Notes under the pieces: generated by a model
Told to the model about the DNA's origin: nothing
The model's input: only the letters and a program-made list of their open reading frames with translations
Database searches by the model: none
NCBI GenBank assembly: GCA_003353845.1
Contig: PIVT01000014.1
Location: 3,538-67,537, forward strand
Reading direction: 5' to 3'
Source of the DNA: Pseudomonadota bacterium
GTDB lineage: Bacteria; Myxococcota_A; UBA9160; JADFDR01
Length of the DNA: 64,000 bases
Program-made: the position numbers and the translations under genes
Part shown: piece after piece, positions 20,301 through 31,600 of the stretch
Position numbering within the stretch: the first letter of the stretch is position 1
Layout of the letters: each line of letters starts with the position of its first letter

Positions 20301-21818
20301 TCATTTCAAGGACTGGCTGATGGCAGCAGCCACTTTGATGGCCGAGTGAACCGATTGGTGAACACCCATGCCTTCGCCGCCTCCCGCATCGATGCCGACC
20401 AGCACCAAGCCTGGGATACTCGTCTCCGCCGTGGGCTTGTGTGGCCCGCACTGGCCCACGGTTTGCCCCAACCCCATGCACTCGCCACCCTGCCCCGCCA
20501 TGACGCGGTCGCGAGAGAGATCGGTGACCTCGGCCGGACCTGCATAGCGCTTGGATTCCAGCACAGGAACCATCTCGGGCCAGAGCTTGAACAACATGGC
20601 TTCGGCCTTTTCGATGAGCATGCCGATGGACTTGGAATTCTTGTCCGAGGAACACACGGTCCCAGCACTGACCAACTGTTTGCCAGGGGGGGCCAGACTG
20701 GCATCGTAGTTGGACATGACTTGCACGTAGAGGACTACCTCCTCAGGCTCAAGCCCCTCTTCTACTTTCTCGTATTTGGCAAGGTCCCACCAAGCGTCGT
20801 CGGAATAGGCAATGGCAATATCAAAATCCAATACGGGCTTGCTTAGAAAATAAATCTGCGAGGTGAGTCCCCATGCGGGCTGAAGATTCTTGACGCGTTC
20901 CACATAGGCCGTGTCGAAGTGCTCTTCACCCACAAGCTTCAACACTGTGGGATGAATTCCCGCCGAGCTGATCACCAAGGAGGAACGAATTTCTTCTCCC
21001 TCCGTGGTTCGCACTCCCACCGCCTTGCCCTCTTCCAGCAGAATTTTCTCAATCTTGACGCCCGTCCGCAATTTTCCCCCGGCCTGCTCAAACAAGTCAC
21101 GCAACTCCGCCGAGATGCGCATCATGCTGCCCTCGGGATAGCCACCCCCTCCGTTGTTGAAGGAGTCTTGCGCGATGCGAATGTATTCGGCCGCCGAAAC
21201 CAGATCATAGGGCTCCACCATGGCCATATTGGCGAAGAAGGCCAGGAAGTTGAACACGGCTACAGGCATATCGACATTCATACGCTCGATGTACTGCTTG
21301 AGCGTGATGTCTTCTTCATCGAGTTTGCAAATTTCTTCTGGGGATTTGAGGAAGATATCGATAAGAATGGGAATGGCCGCCATTCTCTCCCCTTCGCTCA
21401 ACCCCCACAAGTCAAAGAGATGTGTGGGGTCGAAGGGCTCATCGGCCTTGCCCAGCAGGATATTGATGTTGTCCAACACCTTCCATTCTTTGCCCGGAGG
21501 GCGATAACCAAAGGCCATCTTCTGCGGCCCCTTGAGCTTGAAATGGTCTTTGTCCAACCCCAACTCCGTGGCCAATAGCTCCAGGCGATGACCGCGAACG
21601 GGCGTGAGACCAATGGGGAAGTAGTCGTACAAGAAGCCGTCTTCACGTGTCCCCAGGGCCCTCCCGCCTACCTGCTCGTTCATTTCAAGAATCAACGGCT
21701 TGTGCCCCTGCTGCGCCAACAAGGTTCCGCAGGCCAGGCCCGCCAAACCTCCGCCAATAATGATCATTTCTGGAGAACTTGCCTCCTCGCCCGTTGTCAT
21801 CTCCACTCTCCCATTCAC
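20301..21818 (-). CDS. FAD/NAD(P)-dependent oxidoreductase (phytoene-desaturase/amine-oxidase-like)
   Basis: Dinucleotide fold IIIGGGLAGLACGTLLAQQGHKPLILEMNEQVGGRA. Substrate unknown. Confidence 0.75.
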   Translation of the reverse strand: MNGRVEMTTGEEASSPEMIIIGGGLAGLACGTLLAQQGHKPLILEMNEQVGGRALGTREDGFLYDYFPIGLTPVRGHRLELLATELGLDKDHFKLKGPQKMAFGYRPPGKEWKVLDNINILLGKADEPFDPTHLFDLWGLSEGERMAAIPILIDIFLKSPEEICKLDEEDITLKQYIERMNVDMPVAVFNFLAFFANMAMVEPYDLVSAAEYIRIAQDSFNNGGGGYPEGSMMRISAELRDLFEQAGGKLRTGVKIEKILLEEGKAVGVRTTEGEEIRSSLVISSAGIHPTVLKLVGEEHFDTAYVERVKNLQPAWGLTSQIYFLSKPVLDFDIAIAYSDDAWWDLAKYEKVEEGLEPEEVVLYVQVMSNYDASLAPPGKQLVSAGTVCSSDKNSKSIGMLIEKAEAMLFKLWPEMVPVLESKRYAGPAEVTDLSRDRVMAGQGGECMGLGQTVGQCGPHKPTAETSIPGLVLVGIDAGGGEGMGVHQSVHSAIKVAAAISQSLK

Positions 21819-22003
21819 CCCAAGAATTCACAGCCTCTAACTTTAGACCATCCCAAGTCGAATACACTGCAAGATGCCCATTCCAACGAGAATCTTGCAA
21901 TAAGGCTTCATTCCCCTGATTTACAAACCGAAAACGAGTAGAGACCAACCCGCAACTTCTGGAGCGGACAGCGCCAGTAAACATTCTTTGGAGACTCTGA
22001 ACC

Positions 22004-22405
22004 TTGACCCTTCGAACCGTTTTCAATCTCTTGTTTCTAATGAGTTTGGCCTTGGGCTTTCTCCCTGCGGAGACCACACACGCGGAAGTGAACAAGGGGC
22101 AGGAGACCTTGACGCCCCCTGAAAGCGAGGTTGCACCCAAGTTTAAAAACCGGCATCGGAAAGCAAGAGAGCAGAAACGAGAGGCAGCGAAATTACGAAA
22201 GGAAGCTGAAACGGACAAGGCTGCGAAAGAGAAGGCCACAACGGACAGTACCTCCTCTTCCGGCTCGGCCTCACTGATCTGCAAAGACGGGAAAGTCGTC
22301 TACCCCAAAAATCCTACGCCAAGTGAAACGCAAAGATGTGCCAGGCCCGTCCCAAAACTGAAAATCGTGGGGAAAGGCACCATCGCTGAGAAGGAAACCC
22401 CGTAG
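22004..22405 (+). CDS. hypothetical secreted Lys-rich protein
   Basis: TTG start and signal-peptide-like N-terminus LLFLMSLALGFLPAETTHA. Low-complexity K/E/A region. Confidence 0.4.
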   Translation: MTLRTVFNLLFLMSLALGFLPAETTHAEVNKGQETLTPPESEVAPKFKNRHRKAREQKREAAKLRKEAETDKAAKEKATTDSTSSSGSASLICKDGKVVYPKNPTPSETQRCARPVPKLKIVGKGTIAEKETP

Positions 22406-22573
22406 CCTCAAATCCTCGGCGTCTCCCAAAAACTTCACAGAAGATCAAAAAAAGAAGTACGCCAAGTAAGTCCACCTTCCCCGACCGCTTCGGGCATGGT
22501 GAATTTTCCACTTGTCACAACCGACTCTAGAATCCATTGTAGAGGGGCGAAAACCAAGTGGGAGAAACATCAG

Positions 22574-23146
22574 ATGTTTGGAAACACGCTTAGCAAGGGG
22601 AAACGAGCCAGTGACCCGCGCTGGACCCACCAGTCCATGGCCTGGATGCTGGTCATCGGCTTAGTGCTGGGGATCGGCGTCAATAACTATTCCACAGCCT
22701 CCGCTGACAAGGACGCGGAACAAGAAGACCCCTACTCGACCACAGCCCGGCGCGATCATGCCTTTGCCAAAACCATCCGCGAGGCCATGCACAAACTCGA
22801 AACGGCCAACCAGCTGGATGAACAAGCACAAGAGTTGGTGATCGCCTTGGTTACGCTCACCAACGCTGCCGCTCTGTATGAAACCAGCGAGCTACCACGA
22901 AGCAAAAAAGTGACACGCGCCATCGACGAGGCCTTTATGAGCCTGCCCTTTGAACTTCGGAAGTTGCGCCAAATCAGTACCATTGGAATCCGCTGTGCCG
23001 ATGAGATGTTTCAATCTCACGTGGCCATTGAAAATTGCAGCGGCTTCAACGACGACACGCTGTGCCGGCCCCTGCTCACCATTGGCAAGGCCGAGACCAC
23101 TTGCACTCGACAGGCCGCAGAGGCCATGCGTTCGTTTCTACCCTAA
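22574..23146 (+). CDS. hypothetical membrane-anchored protein
   Basis: Start at MFGNTL, with a single TM (MAWMLVIGLVLGIGV). No recognised family. Confidence 0.4.
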   Translation: MFGNTLSKGKRASDPRWTHQSMAWMLVIGLVLGIGVNNYSTASADKDAEQEDPYSTTARRDHAFAKTIREAMHKLETANQLDEQAQELVIALVTLTNAAALYETSELPRSKKVTRAIDEAFMSLPFELRKLRQISTIGIRCADEMFQSHVAIENCSGFNDDTLCRPLLTIGKAETTCTRQAAEAMRSFLP

Positions 23147-23156
23147 GCGGCCTTCG

Positions 23157-23633
23157 CTAAGCAAAGAGCCTTTCACAATTGATCTCTACCAGCGTCGGCG
23201 GTTTGCCTCCATCGCTGGACTGGAAGACCATGGTCGTCCCACTGGGATATTTCACGAGAAAGCCATGTTCCCAACGGGAGCCCTCGGCTGCCGGGGCGTC
23301 GAGTTCCGACAAGATGGAATCCACTTGATCGATGGGCATCCCGAATTGGAGGCCGCGGGTTTGAGCACTTGCCTGGCTGCCTACGGAGAGTTCCGTCTCT
23401 TTGGGCTCTCTCGGACAAAAGCCAATGACACAAACCGTTTCATTTTCATCGCGAAACCCAAAGAACAGTGCACCGTATATCCAAGCATTGGGTTGAATCC
23501 CGTGCCCGGGATGCCAACGCTCTAACTGAACGGGGGTGCCAAAAACTTCTTGTACATCCTGCTTGCTGGAGCCGATCGCAATCTTGCCAAGCGTGGCGTG
23601 TTTCAAAAAATCCAAAAGATCGAGTTCAAACAT
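23157..23633 (-). CDS. hypothetical protein (small globular, immunity-protein-like by composition only)
   Basis: 158-aa ORF, 6 nt downstream of the MBL hydrolase gene on the same strand. Confidence 0.45.
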   Translation of the reverse strand: MFELDLLDFLKHATLGKIAIGSSKQDVQEVFGTPVQLERWHPGHGIQPNAWIYGALFFGFRDENETVCVIGFCPREPKETELSVGSQASAQTRGLQFGMPIDQVDSILSELDAPAAEGSRWEHGFLVKYPSGTTMVFQSSDGGKPPTLVEINCERLFA

Positions 23634-23639
23634 CAGTTC

Positions 23640-24455
23640 TTAATTCCTTTCTTTCACGAAGAACGGCTCACTGGGGCTGTGACGCGGCGCAACGTGCAGT
23701 TCAATGGGGTGATCATAATAGGCGAGAGATTCCTTCATCGCACTCAATGCCAACTCCGGAGTGTTCCTTTCTGTGCTCAAATGACCGAGCACAATGGTAC
23801 AGGGGGGACATTCATTTTCTTCGAGTAAACGATCCATTAACTCTGCCGCAGCTTCGTTAGACATGTGGTAACGCGATGCGGGATTGTAATACTGGCGGAG
23901 CAATTCGGGATCGTAATTCGATTCGATGTAAATCAGATCTACATCCTGCAAATACGGAAGCAGCGCATCTCCTTCATGAAAATCGGTGGCTATCAAGAGA
24001 CGGTGACGTCCACAATCAAAGCGATACCCATGGGTATTCACGCCAGGCGCATGGGGCAAGTGAATGGGTGTCACCATCAAATCTCCAACGGCGAAAGGAT
24101 CGATGCCGAAGTTTCTGAAATCGATCCCCTCCAAATTTGCGCTGCTCGGAATGCGGCTCGGGTGCAAGTGGCGCTTATGAACCTGATCACGAGTTTTCTC
24201 GTGGATAAAAACGGGAATACCCAAGCGATCAATCACCCGCAGTGCGGAATAATTGACGTGATCAGAGTGCGCATGCGTAATCAACACCCCTGCCAGGGGC
24301 ACATCCAACCCCACCTCTTCTTCAAGCAGTTGAACAAAAGCTTTTTGTGAACGCAGGCCGCAATCAATCAACAAGCGTGCCCGATGGACACCCTCTCCCC
24401 ATTCCAACAACAGAGCGTTGCCGCTACTACCACTGCGCAAGGTTTTAAAAATCAA
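23640..24455 (-). CDS. MBL-fold metallo-hydrolase
   Basis: SGSSGNALL N-terminus and the ITHAHSDH metal-binding motif. Confidence 0.8.
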   Translation of the reverse strand: MIFKTLRSGSSGNALLLEWGEGVHRARLLIDCGLRSQKAFVQLLEEEVGLDVPLAGVLITHAHSDHVNYSALRVIDRLGIPVFIHEKTRDQVHKRHLHPSRIPSSANLEGIDFRNFGIDPFAVGDLMVTPIHLPHAPGVNTHGYRFDCGRHRLLIATDFHEGDALLPYLQDVDLIYIESNYDPELLRQYYNPASRYHMSNEAAAELMDRLLEENECPPCTIVLGHLSTERNTPELALSAMKESLAYYDHPIELHVAPRHSPSEPFFVKERN

Positions 24456-24613
24456 CTTTGGAATCCATTAGAGCAGGAGCCTTCAGTGTTCAACAAAGGG
24501 GTATCTTGCATGACGCCCATGGTCATGACCAGCTTTTTCAACCTACAAAACAGCCCTTAGCTTCGGCTTCCCTTCCTGAGGCGTGATATGGTTCCCTATG
24601 GGGAGCGCTCGAA

Positions 24614-25501
24614 TTGAACCTACATTCCACCGCAATTGGAATATTGCTCATTCTCGCCTTTGCGTCAGACGCATTGGCCGAGACTGCACTGGACAGAGGC
24701 GATGCCGCTTGGGCGAGGCGGGCCGAGCGCGTTACGGAGACGGGGAAACTGGAGGTGGAGCAGCTTCAGATTGCCATTGATTCCTACGAACAAGCTTTGC
24801 AAGAAGACCCGAGCAATCTAACCATCCATTTCAAGCTCATGGATGCGCTTTATTATATGGGCTTTTTCGTCTCCGAAACAAAAACGCAAAGGAGGCCTTT
24901 CTCGAATCGAGCCATTGAGCTGAACCAATTGGCATTGCAGGTGCTCGTGGATCGGGTTGGCCGAAAGAAGCTAGAGGAAGCACAAACCCCTGAAGCCCAA
25001 GCGGAGTTGTTGAAACAGGATCCCCAGGCGGCAGCAGTCCATCTTTGGTGCGGTATCAATTGGGGGCTCTTTTCCAGGGCTCACGGGAACCTGGCTGCCG
25101 CACGCCATAATGTGGCTCGAAAAATTCGTGACCATTCCGAAATGGTGATCCTCTTGGACGATCAGTATTGGGCCGGCGGAGGCTATCGGTTATTGGGCCG
25201 TCTGCACACCGACGCGCCCATTGTTCCAGGCTTTACAGGTTGGGTCAATCCCACCTACGGCGTCGTGCTGACCAGAAAAGCAAACGAAGTCTCGACAAAG
25301 GATCCCCGTAATCCATTTTTTCTTGCCGTAGCACTCCTCAAATTTCAACCCGAACACGAGGAGGAGGCATTGGAAATATTAGAGGAGTTAAGTCAACGTC
25401 AACCGGGAGGCAAGCGCCCGTTTGAAGACGCTTATTACATCAACAAGGCAAAGATTAAACTCGACGAAGTAAGGCAGCGTCGGGCACAGAAAAATTCATG
25501 A
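24614..25501 (+). CDS. secreted helical-repeat protein, possibly TatT-like TPR family
   Basis: TTG start and signal peptide ILLILAFASDALA. Helical repeat composition. The family call is from memory and weak. Confidence 0.45.
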   Translation: MNLHSTAIGILLILAFASDALAETALDRGDAAWARRAERVTETGKLEVEQLQIAIDSYEQALQEDPSNLTIHFKLMDALYYMGFFVSETKTQRRPFSNRAIELNQLALQVLVDRVGRKKLEEAQTPEAQAELLKQDPQAAAVHLWCGINWGLFSRAHGNLAAARHNVARKIRDHSEMVILLDDQYWAGGGYRLLGRLHTDAPIVPGFTGWVNPTYGVVLTRKANEVSTKDPRNPFFLAVALLKFQPEHEEEALEILEELSQRQPGGKRPFEDAYYINKAKIKLDEVRQRRAQKNS

Positions 25502-26145
25502 CGAGATCAATCAAAGATCCTTACATCGACTACACCCATCGCTATTTTCGCGCATGGTTACCCGTTTATGACCTGTTCGGGATCCTGATCGGAAGCGCCT
25601 ATCGAAGGGCAGCGAAAACCATTGCAACGCGCGCAGGTGTTACGGTTCTGGACATCTGCACGGGAACCGGTGAGATCGCACTGCGCTGTGCTCGTGCCGG
25701 TGCGACGGTGACGGGTGTTGATGTTACGGAGGAGATGCTTCAACAAGCGCAAGAAAAGGCCCGCCGAAAACGAGCCGCCGTTCAATTTTCCACAATGGAT
25801 GCGCGCCACCTCGCCTTTCCCGACAACGTCTTCGACGTCGCCGTGCTCTCGCTGGCCTTACACGACATGCCAGCCAAGGTTCGTCTCCAGGTCGTGCAGG
25901 AGGCGGCTCGGGTGGCCAAGGAGCGCTTGGTGATTCTCGATTATGATCTACCTCGCGGCAAACGCTTACGCCGATTGGCTCTCTCTTTTTTGATGCTCTT
26001 TGAAACGCCCTACCTCATAGACTTTTCCAAAAAAGGTGTTCTTCCCGTTCTGGAAAGTGCAGGTTTGTCCTCCGTCGCTATTCGCCATTGCCCCTTTTCT
26101 TTTTTCACTGTGTATGAAGTGACCCTGCCCACGACCTCAGGTTGA
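25498..26145 (+). CDS. class I SAM-dependent methyltransferase
   Basis: Motif I VLDICTGTGEIAL, a post-I acidic residue, and FDVAVLSLALHDM. ATGA overlap with the upstream gene. Confidence 0.8.
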   Translation: MTRSIKDPYIDYTHRYFRAWLPVYDLFGILIGSAYRRAAKTIATRAGVTVLDICTGTGEIALRCARAGATVTGVDVTEEMLQQAQEKARRKRAAVQFSTMDARHLAFPDNVFDVAVLSLALHDMPAKVRLQVVQEAARVAKERLVILDYDLPRGKRLRRLALSFLMLFETPYLIDFSKKGVLPVLESAGLSSVAIRHCPFSFFTVYEVTLPTTSG

Positions 26146-26146
26146 G

Positions 26147-28486
26147 CTACTGATTTTGAGGAAGCCAAGGGGCTTGAGTGGGAGCCCCACCTGCAGACTG
26201 CCCTTGTAGTTGAGCTTGAAAATCAGCCAAGCTCGTCACCGGCCGTTCACAAGTTTGGTTTTCACATACATAGGCCGTCACTTTTCCTCCCAAGGCTCGT
26301 TTTCCTTCGAGGAGTGGGATTCGCTTGGTGAGTTGTTCAGCCTCTGCCTGAGAAACAGTTAGGAGAATGCGATTCGGAAGAAAGGTTCGGTGCAATTCTT
26401 TCACAAAACCGGATGCCTGAGCACGGTTCTCCGGAGCGACGATCAAAATCTCTTTTGTCGGTTCGAAGTAGAAATCCAAAGCCAGGAGCATTTCGCTGAC
26501 TGTTGTCGGGGCTCTTGTAATCCGTGTGGAAAAAGCCTTCATCAGACTCTCCACTCTTTTGCGGTAAGCATCGTCTGTCGTCAGGGAATACAGGCGTAGC
26601 AGGTTCATGGCGGCGATGGAATTACCGCAGGGAACGGCGCCATCACTCAAGGCTTTTTCCCGCACGAGGAGATCGGTTTGGTCCGCGCGGGTAACGAAGT
26701 AGCCACCCTCCTCAGGATCCCAAAAATCGCGATCCAGGCTCACCTGCAAGGCCATGGCTGCGACCAGCCATTTTTCTCCGGAGGTCGCCTCAAACAAGTC
26801 GATCAGACCCGCTTCGAGAAAGGCGTAGTCCTCAAGCACGCCCTGCCCCTTCGGCTTTCCTTCGCGGAGATAACGAACGAGCTTGCCGTTTACCTTTCCT
26901 TTGGCCAGCAAAGTGTCAGCGGCTCGAGCACCAGCATCCACAAAGGCCTTCTCACTCAACACTTGACCCGCGCGCACAAAGGCAGAGATCATCAGCCCGT
27001 TCCAGGCCACAATTTGTTTCTCATCGCGCAAAGGAGGCGGCCGCATGGCCCGCGCAGTGGACATCTTTTTCCGCACCGAAGCAAGGTCCCGCTCTACCGC
27101 TAGCGGGGTTTGCTTCAACCTGGCGGCCAATTCAGCCACGCTGCGATCACGGCGAAGCACCGTCGCACCCTGTTCAAAGTTTCCGGCCTCGGTCACTCCA
27201 TAAGCAGACAGCGCCAGCGCTGAAAAGTCAGCTCCAACCGCTGCGCGCACCTGATCGGGGCGCCACACAAAGAAGATTCCTTCCTCTCCCTCACTGTCGG
27301 CATCTGTCGCAGAATAGAACGGACCTTCTGGGGAAGTCATCTCTCGCATCACGTAGGTCAACACATCGGCCGCGGTATCCGCATAGGCCCGATTTCCCGT
27401 CACCTGATAAGCCTCCACGTAGGCGCGCACCAAGAGCGCATTGTCGTAGAGCATCTTCTCAAAGTGGGGAACCGTCCATGTCGCGTCCGTTGTGTAGCGA
27501 TGGAACCCTCCGCCTATGTGATCATAAATTCCACCTCGCTGCATGGCGTCCAGCGTCTGGCGCACCATGTGCAGCGCCTGTTGCGACTTCACGCGACGCG
27601 CTTCTCGAAGCAAGAATCGATTGGGCAAACTCGAAGGAAACTTCCGGCCCCCCTTCATCCCTCCGTTGGCGTTGTCGTACTGACGCTGGTAAAGCAGCGT
27701 TGCTTTGTCCAAAACAGATTTCGTGGGAAGTTCACCCGCCCCTCCCATCACCAAGCTGCGCTCAAGCGATGCAACCACTTTCCTACTTGTTTCTTCCACG
27801 TCCGTCGGGTTCGAGGAGTAAAGCTCGTGCATGGATTTCAAGATCGACAAGAAGCCTGGACGGCGCCCCGAATCATAAGGCGGATAGTAGGTGCCGGCGT
27901 AAAAGGGTTTCCTGTCGGGAGTCAGCCAAACCGTCATGGGCCAGCCCCCACTTTTCTTGAAGCTATAAAGAGCCGCCATGTACAAGGCGTCAATGTCCGG
28001 ACGTTCCTCTCGGTCCACCTTGATCGCGATGTAGTGTCGGTTCAAGAACTCAGCTACCTCTTCATTCTCGAAGGACAGTTCTTCCATCACGTGGCACCAG
28101 TGACAAGTGGAGTAACCCACACTCAGCAAGACCGGTCGATTGAGCTTGCGCGCCGTTTCAAAAGCTTCATCACCCCAGGCGTACCAGTTCACGGGATTGT
28201 GGGCGTGCTGCAGAAGGTAAGGACTCGACTCCAGAATGAGACGATTGGTGTACTTGGCTGAACCATCGGTTGCCAGGTGAACGGTTCGGGGCTGATAGCC
28301 CGGTCCTTGATCTTTCACAGCCACCTTGAGTTGGTCGGCCAAGGACGGCGGCATGGCATTTGCTCCGGGCAGCGGAAAGTTCTCCGCACCCACGGCTTGG
28401 GCAATCAAGCTCAACGCCAACAGCCCTAGCCAAAAAATTTTCTCTTTCAGCCCGGCATGGCGTCGCCGCTGGACTTCATTCTCCAC
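26147..28486 (-). CDS. thioredoxin-domain protein of the YyaL/DUF255 family, with signal peptide
   Basis: 779 aa. [22 protein letters not shown]...[15 protein letters not shown] is the family hallmark. The C-terminal part is (alpha/alpha)6-like. Confidence 0.85.
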   Translation of the reverse strand: MENEVQRRRHAGLKEKIFWLGLLALSLIAQAVGAENFPLPGANAMPPSLADQLKVAVKDQGPGYQPRTVHLATDGSAKYTNRLILESSPYLLQHAHNPVNWYAWGDEAFETARKLNRPVLLSVGYSTCHWCHVMEELSFENEEVAEFLNRHYIAIKVDREERPDIDALYMAALYSFKKSGGWPMTVWLTPDRKPFYAGTYYPPYDSGRRPGFLSILKSMHELYSSNPTDVEETSRKVVASLERSLVMGGAGELPTKSVLDKATLLYQRQYDNANGGMKGGRKFPSSLPNRFLLREARRVKSQQALHMVRQTLDAMQRGGIYDHIGGGFHRYTTDATWTVPHFEKMLYDNALLVRAYVEAYQVTGNRAYADTAADVLTYVMREMTSPEGPFYSATDADSEGEEGIFFVWRPDQVRAAVGADFSALALSAYGVTEAGNFEQGATVLRRDRSVAELAARLKQTPLAVERDLASVRKKMSTARAMRPPPLRDEKQIVAWNGLMISAFVRAGQVLSEKAFVDAGARAADTLLAKGKVNGKLVRYLREGKPKGQGVLEDYAFLEAGLIDLFEATSGEKWLVAAMALQVSLDRDFWDPEEGGYFVTRADQTDLLVREKALSDGAVPCGNSIAAMNLLRLYSLTTDDAYRKRVESLMKAFSTRITRAPTTVSEMLLALDFYFEPTKEILIVAPENRAQASGFVKELHRTFLPNRILLTVSQAEAEQLTKRIPLLEGKRALGGKVTAYVCENQTCERPVTSLADFQAQLQGQSAGGAPTQAPWLPQNQ

Positions 28487-28564
28487 TAAGGCTTTCCCCT
28501 CTTAAAGAGCAAGCTTAATCGGAGCCCTTAGCTGCGCAAGGCTGTCCAGGCATAAACAACCACA

Positions 28565-28596
28565 GAGGGCGGTAACCCCGATGGGTTACCGCCCTC
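28565..28596 (-). terminator. stem-loop terminator downstream of the giant repeat-protein gene
   Basis: Perfect 14-bp stem GAGGGCGGTAACCC/GGGTTACCGCCCTC with loop CGAT. On the minus strand it is followed by TGTGGTTGTTTAT, which is only moderately T-rich. Confidence 0.55.
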
Positions 28597-28639
28597 TTCT
28601 AAATCCAAGCCTACAACTCAGGCTTCGATTTTCTTCCCG

Positions 28640-31600
28640 CTAGGGCAATCCAACCGGCGGGCTCGAATCCCCGCCACAACTCCAGCGCACCGTGGGCGAG
28701 TTATAAGCCCCGTAGCCCCAGAGCGGCAGCAGGATTTCGGTGACGTCATCGTTATTGCAATTGCCGTCGCCAGTAACGTCACAGATGGCCCAGTTGTTAC
28801 TCGGCTGGGTGTAGGCTCCGTAACCCCAGAGGGCCAGCAGAATCTCTGTTACGTCATCGTTGTTGGCAGCACCGTCACCGTTGATGTCCCCACACTGACA
28901 TTCATCACCGATGCCGTCGCCGTTGGTATCCGTATTGGTGACGTTTGCACTGTCGGGACACAGATCGGGGTCGGGCCCGGCATCGCAGAAGCCATCGGCA
29001 TCAGCATCACCACCGAAGGCCACACAGGGACCCTGTGCGCAATCGGGCGTGCCGTCGGCGGGTGCAAGGTCGATGGTATCGTCCTCACCCGGACACAGGT
29101 CAATATGGCCACAGACGGTGTCGAGATCCGCATCTCCTCCATAACTTACGCCGTCACCTGGATAGATGGATTCAAAACCAAAGTCGGCACTGCTGGTATT
29201 TGTCCCCCAGATCACTCCGCCGCCTCGAGAGTACACACTGTACCATGGCGTTGTTCCCGCACGAGTATTGGGCACGACCACCTCTAAGAGGTATGTCTGT
29301 TCAGGTACGACAGCCACCTCCGTCGGGAAGTTAAATCTCACCAGCCCCATCGTAAAGACTCCATCGAAAGGCGTCACAGGAACGCTTGTCGCGATGACCG
29401 GATCCGTAAAGAGCGAACCATCATGCAGCTTTATATAGATCGGGTCGTTTGGCTCAGTGGGTACGACATCTTGAAGCCACCAATTGATGCCGCGCAAGAT
29501 CGGTTGCGAGGGTTGAAACCGTTGTCCCAGGCTTGCCCAACCGGTTATGGAATAGTTCGCGGGAACGGTATTGTTGGCCTTCTGGTCAACGGTATCCCCT
29601 CCAGTTAGACAGTAGAGTTCCAGACAATCGGGAAGGCCATTGCCTCCATCTGCGACGTCCAGGTGGTCATCCATACCGGGACAGGCATCGACGGCGTCAC
29701 AGACGTCATCACCATCGGCATCCTCGCCCACGGCACAGAGCTGCAGACAATCGATAATACCATTGGCATCGAGATCTGGGAGATCATCTTCACCCGGACA
29801 TTGATCCAGGTCGTCGCAGATGGTGTCTTGATCGGTGTCCCCACCTCGGGTCAATCCTTCCCGTGCGGAGATGGTTTCGAAACCAAGGTCGGAGCCGTTG
29901 GCTGTTATGACCCCCCATTGGTGATAGAACCCGGTACCTGCAAGGTAGGGGTTTGTCGTATCCCAGTAGCTCGGGCTCGCACGATGGTTGGGTGCGACCA
30001 CCTCAAAGACATACATGTTTCCAATGGCAACATCGATGTCTGTCGGGAAGTCGAATCGCACCATCTTGCCGGGAGTAAAGTCACCATCGAAGGGCGTCAC
30101 GTCGACACTCGTCGCAACCACCGGACCTGCCAGGCTACCTTCATGCAAAATGATCTGCATGGGATCGTTTGGCAAAGCGGGATCGTCATCATAAAGCGAG
30201 ATTTCGATGGCCCGCAACGTCGGCTGCTGGGGTACAAATTCCTGGCCGTACGGTGCCAGGGACAACACCGTCTGGGCATAGCCCGACCAAATCCAGTTGG
30301 TTCTGGCAGCCCCCTGGTTCAGCGTCTCGTCTCCAACCAGGCAAGCCAGTTCGAGACAATCAGGCACGCCGTTGGCTTCCGTATCGATGTTGTCATCGAA
30401 CTCAGGAGCGGGAGATGCGCCCGGACAGACATCGGCCGCGCCGCAGACCTCATCGCCATCGTTGTCCTCGCCTACGGCACAGGTTTGCAGGCAATCCTGC
30501 AAGCCATTGTTGTCCGCATCGGCCAAGTCGTCGAGGCCGGGGCACTCGTCCGAGTCATCACAGATTGTATCGGCATCGGCATCACCGGATTCGTCCATGC
30601 CGGTACACACGTCGCTGTCATTGCAGTTGATGTCGCCGTCATCGTTGCCGCTGTCGTCGTCACCGTTACAGACATCGACGTCGTTGCAGTAACCGTCGGC
30701 GTCATCATTGCCGCTGTCATCATCGCCCTGACAGAGATCGACGTCGTCGCAGTAGCCGTCGCCATCGCTATTGCCCGCGGCGTCGTCACCATAACAAGCA
30801 TCGAGATCATCACAGAAGCCGTCGGCATCCGCGTCGCCTACGAGATCGTTCCCCTGGCACTGGTCGTCGGCATCACACACGCCATCACCGTCGGTGTCAT
30901 CGGGGTTATCGAGCGGACAAGGATCGATGTTGTCACACAACAGGTCTCCGTCGGTGTCGCCCGTGGCATCATCACCGTTACAGATGTCGATATCATCACA
31001 CACATCGTCAGCATCGGCGTCACCCGTAGCGTCGTCACCTAAGCAGTCATCAATGTCGTCACACACGCCGTCGCTATCCGTATCACCGGTGGCGTCGTTA
31101 CCGTCACATGCGTCGTAGCGATCGCAGACGCCATCGAGATCGATGTCTGTCCACGGCGTGGCGTTGTCGGGATCGCAAACGTCGCCAATGTCATCGCAGT
31201 CGATGTCGGCTTGATCGTTGTTGTAGTCGTAGCCACAATTGTCTTCCACATTGGGCCAACCGTCGTCATCACGATCGCGCTTTTGGCAGATATCACCTTG
31301 TCCATCGCCGTTGCTATCGAGTTGATCTGGGTTAACGATCAGATCACAGTTATCGCAAGCGTCACCGTGCGCGTCCCCATCGGAATCCAGTTGATCAGGG
31401 TTGAAGGTGAAGGGGCAGTTGTCGAGGTCGTCGCGCCAGCCATCGGTGTCGCTGTTCGGTTCCTCGCACGCATCCCCGATGCCATCGCCGCTGATGTCTT
31501 CCTGGCCCGGATTGTTGATGGCATGGCAATTATCTACTTCACATACGACCAGATCATTATCCACATCATCAAGAGCTGACGGCGGGACAAACTCACGGCT

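Noticed and set aside
30540-31150. The regular 63-nt repeat array as a possible CRISPR or minisatellite
   Set aside because: The repeats are contiguous with no unique spacers. They are degenerate at the DNA level, in frame, and encode a coherent 21-aa peptide unit inside a long CDS.
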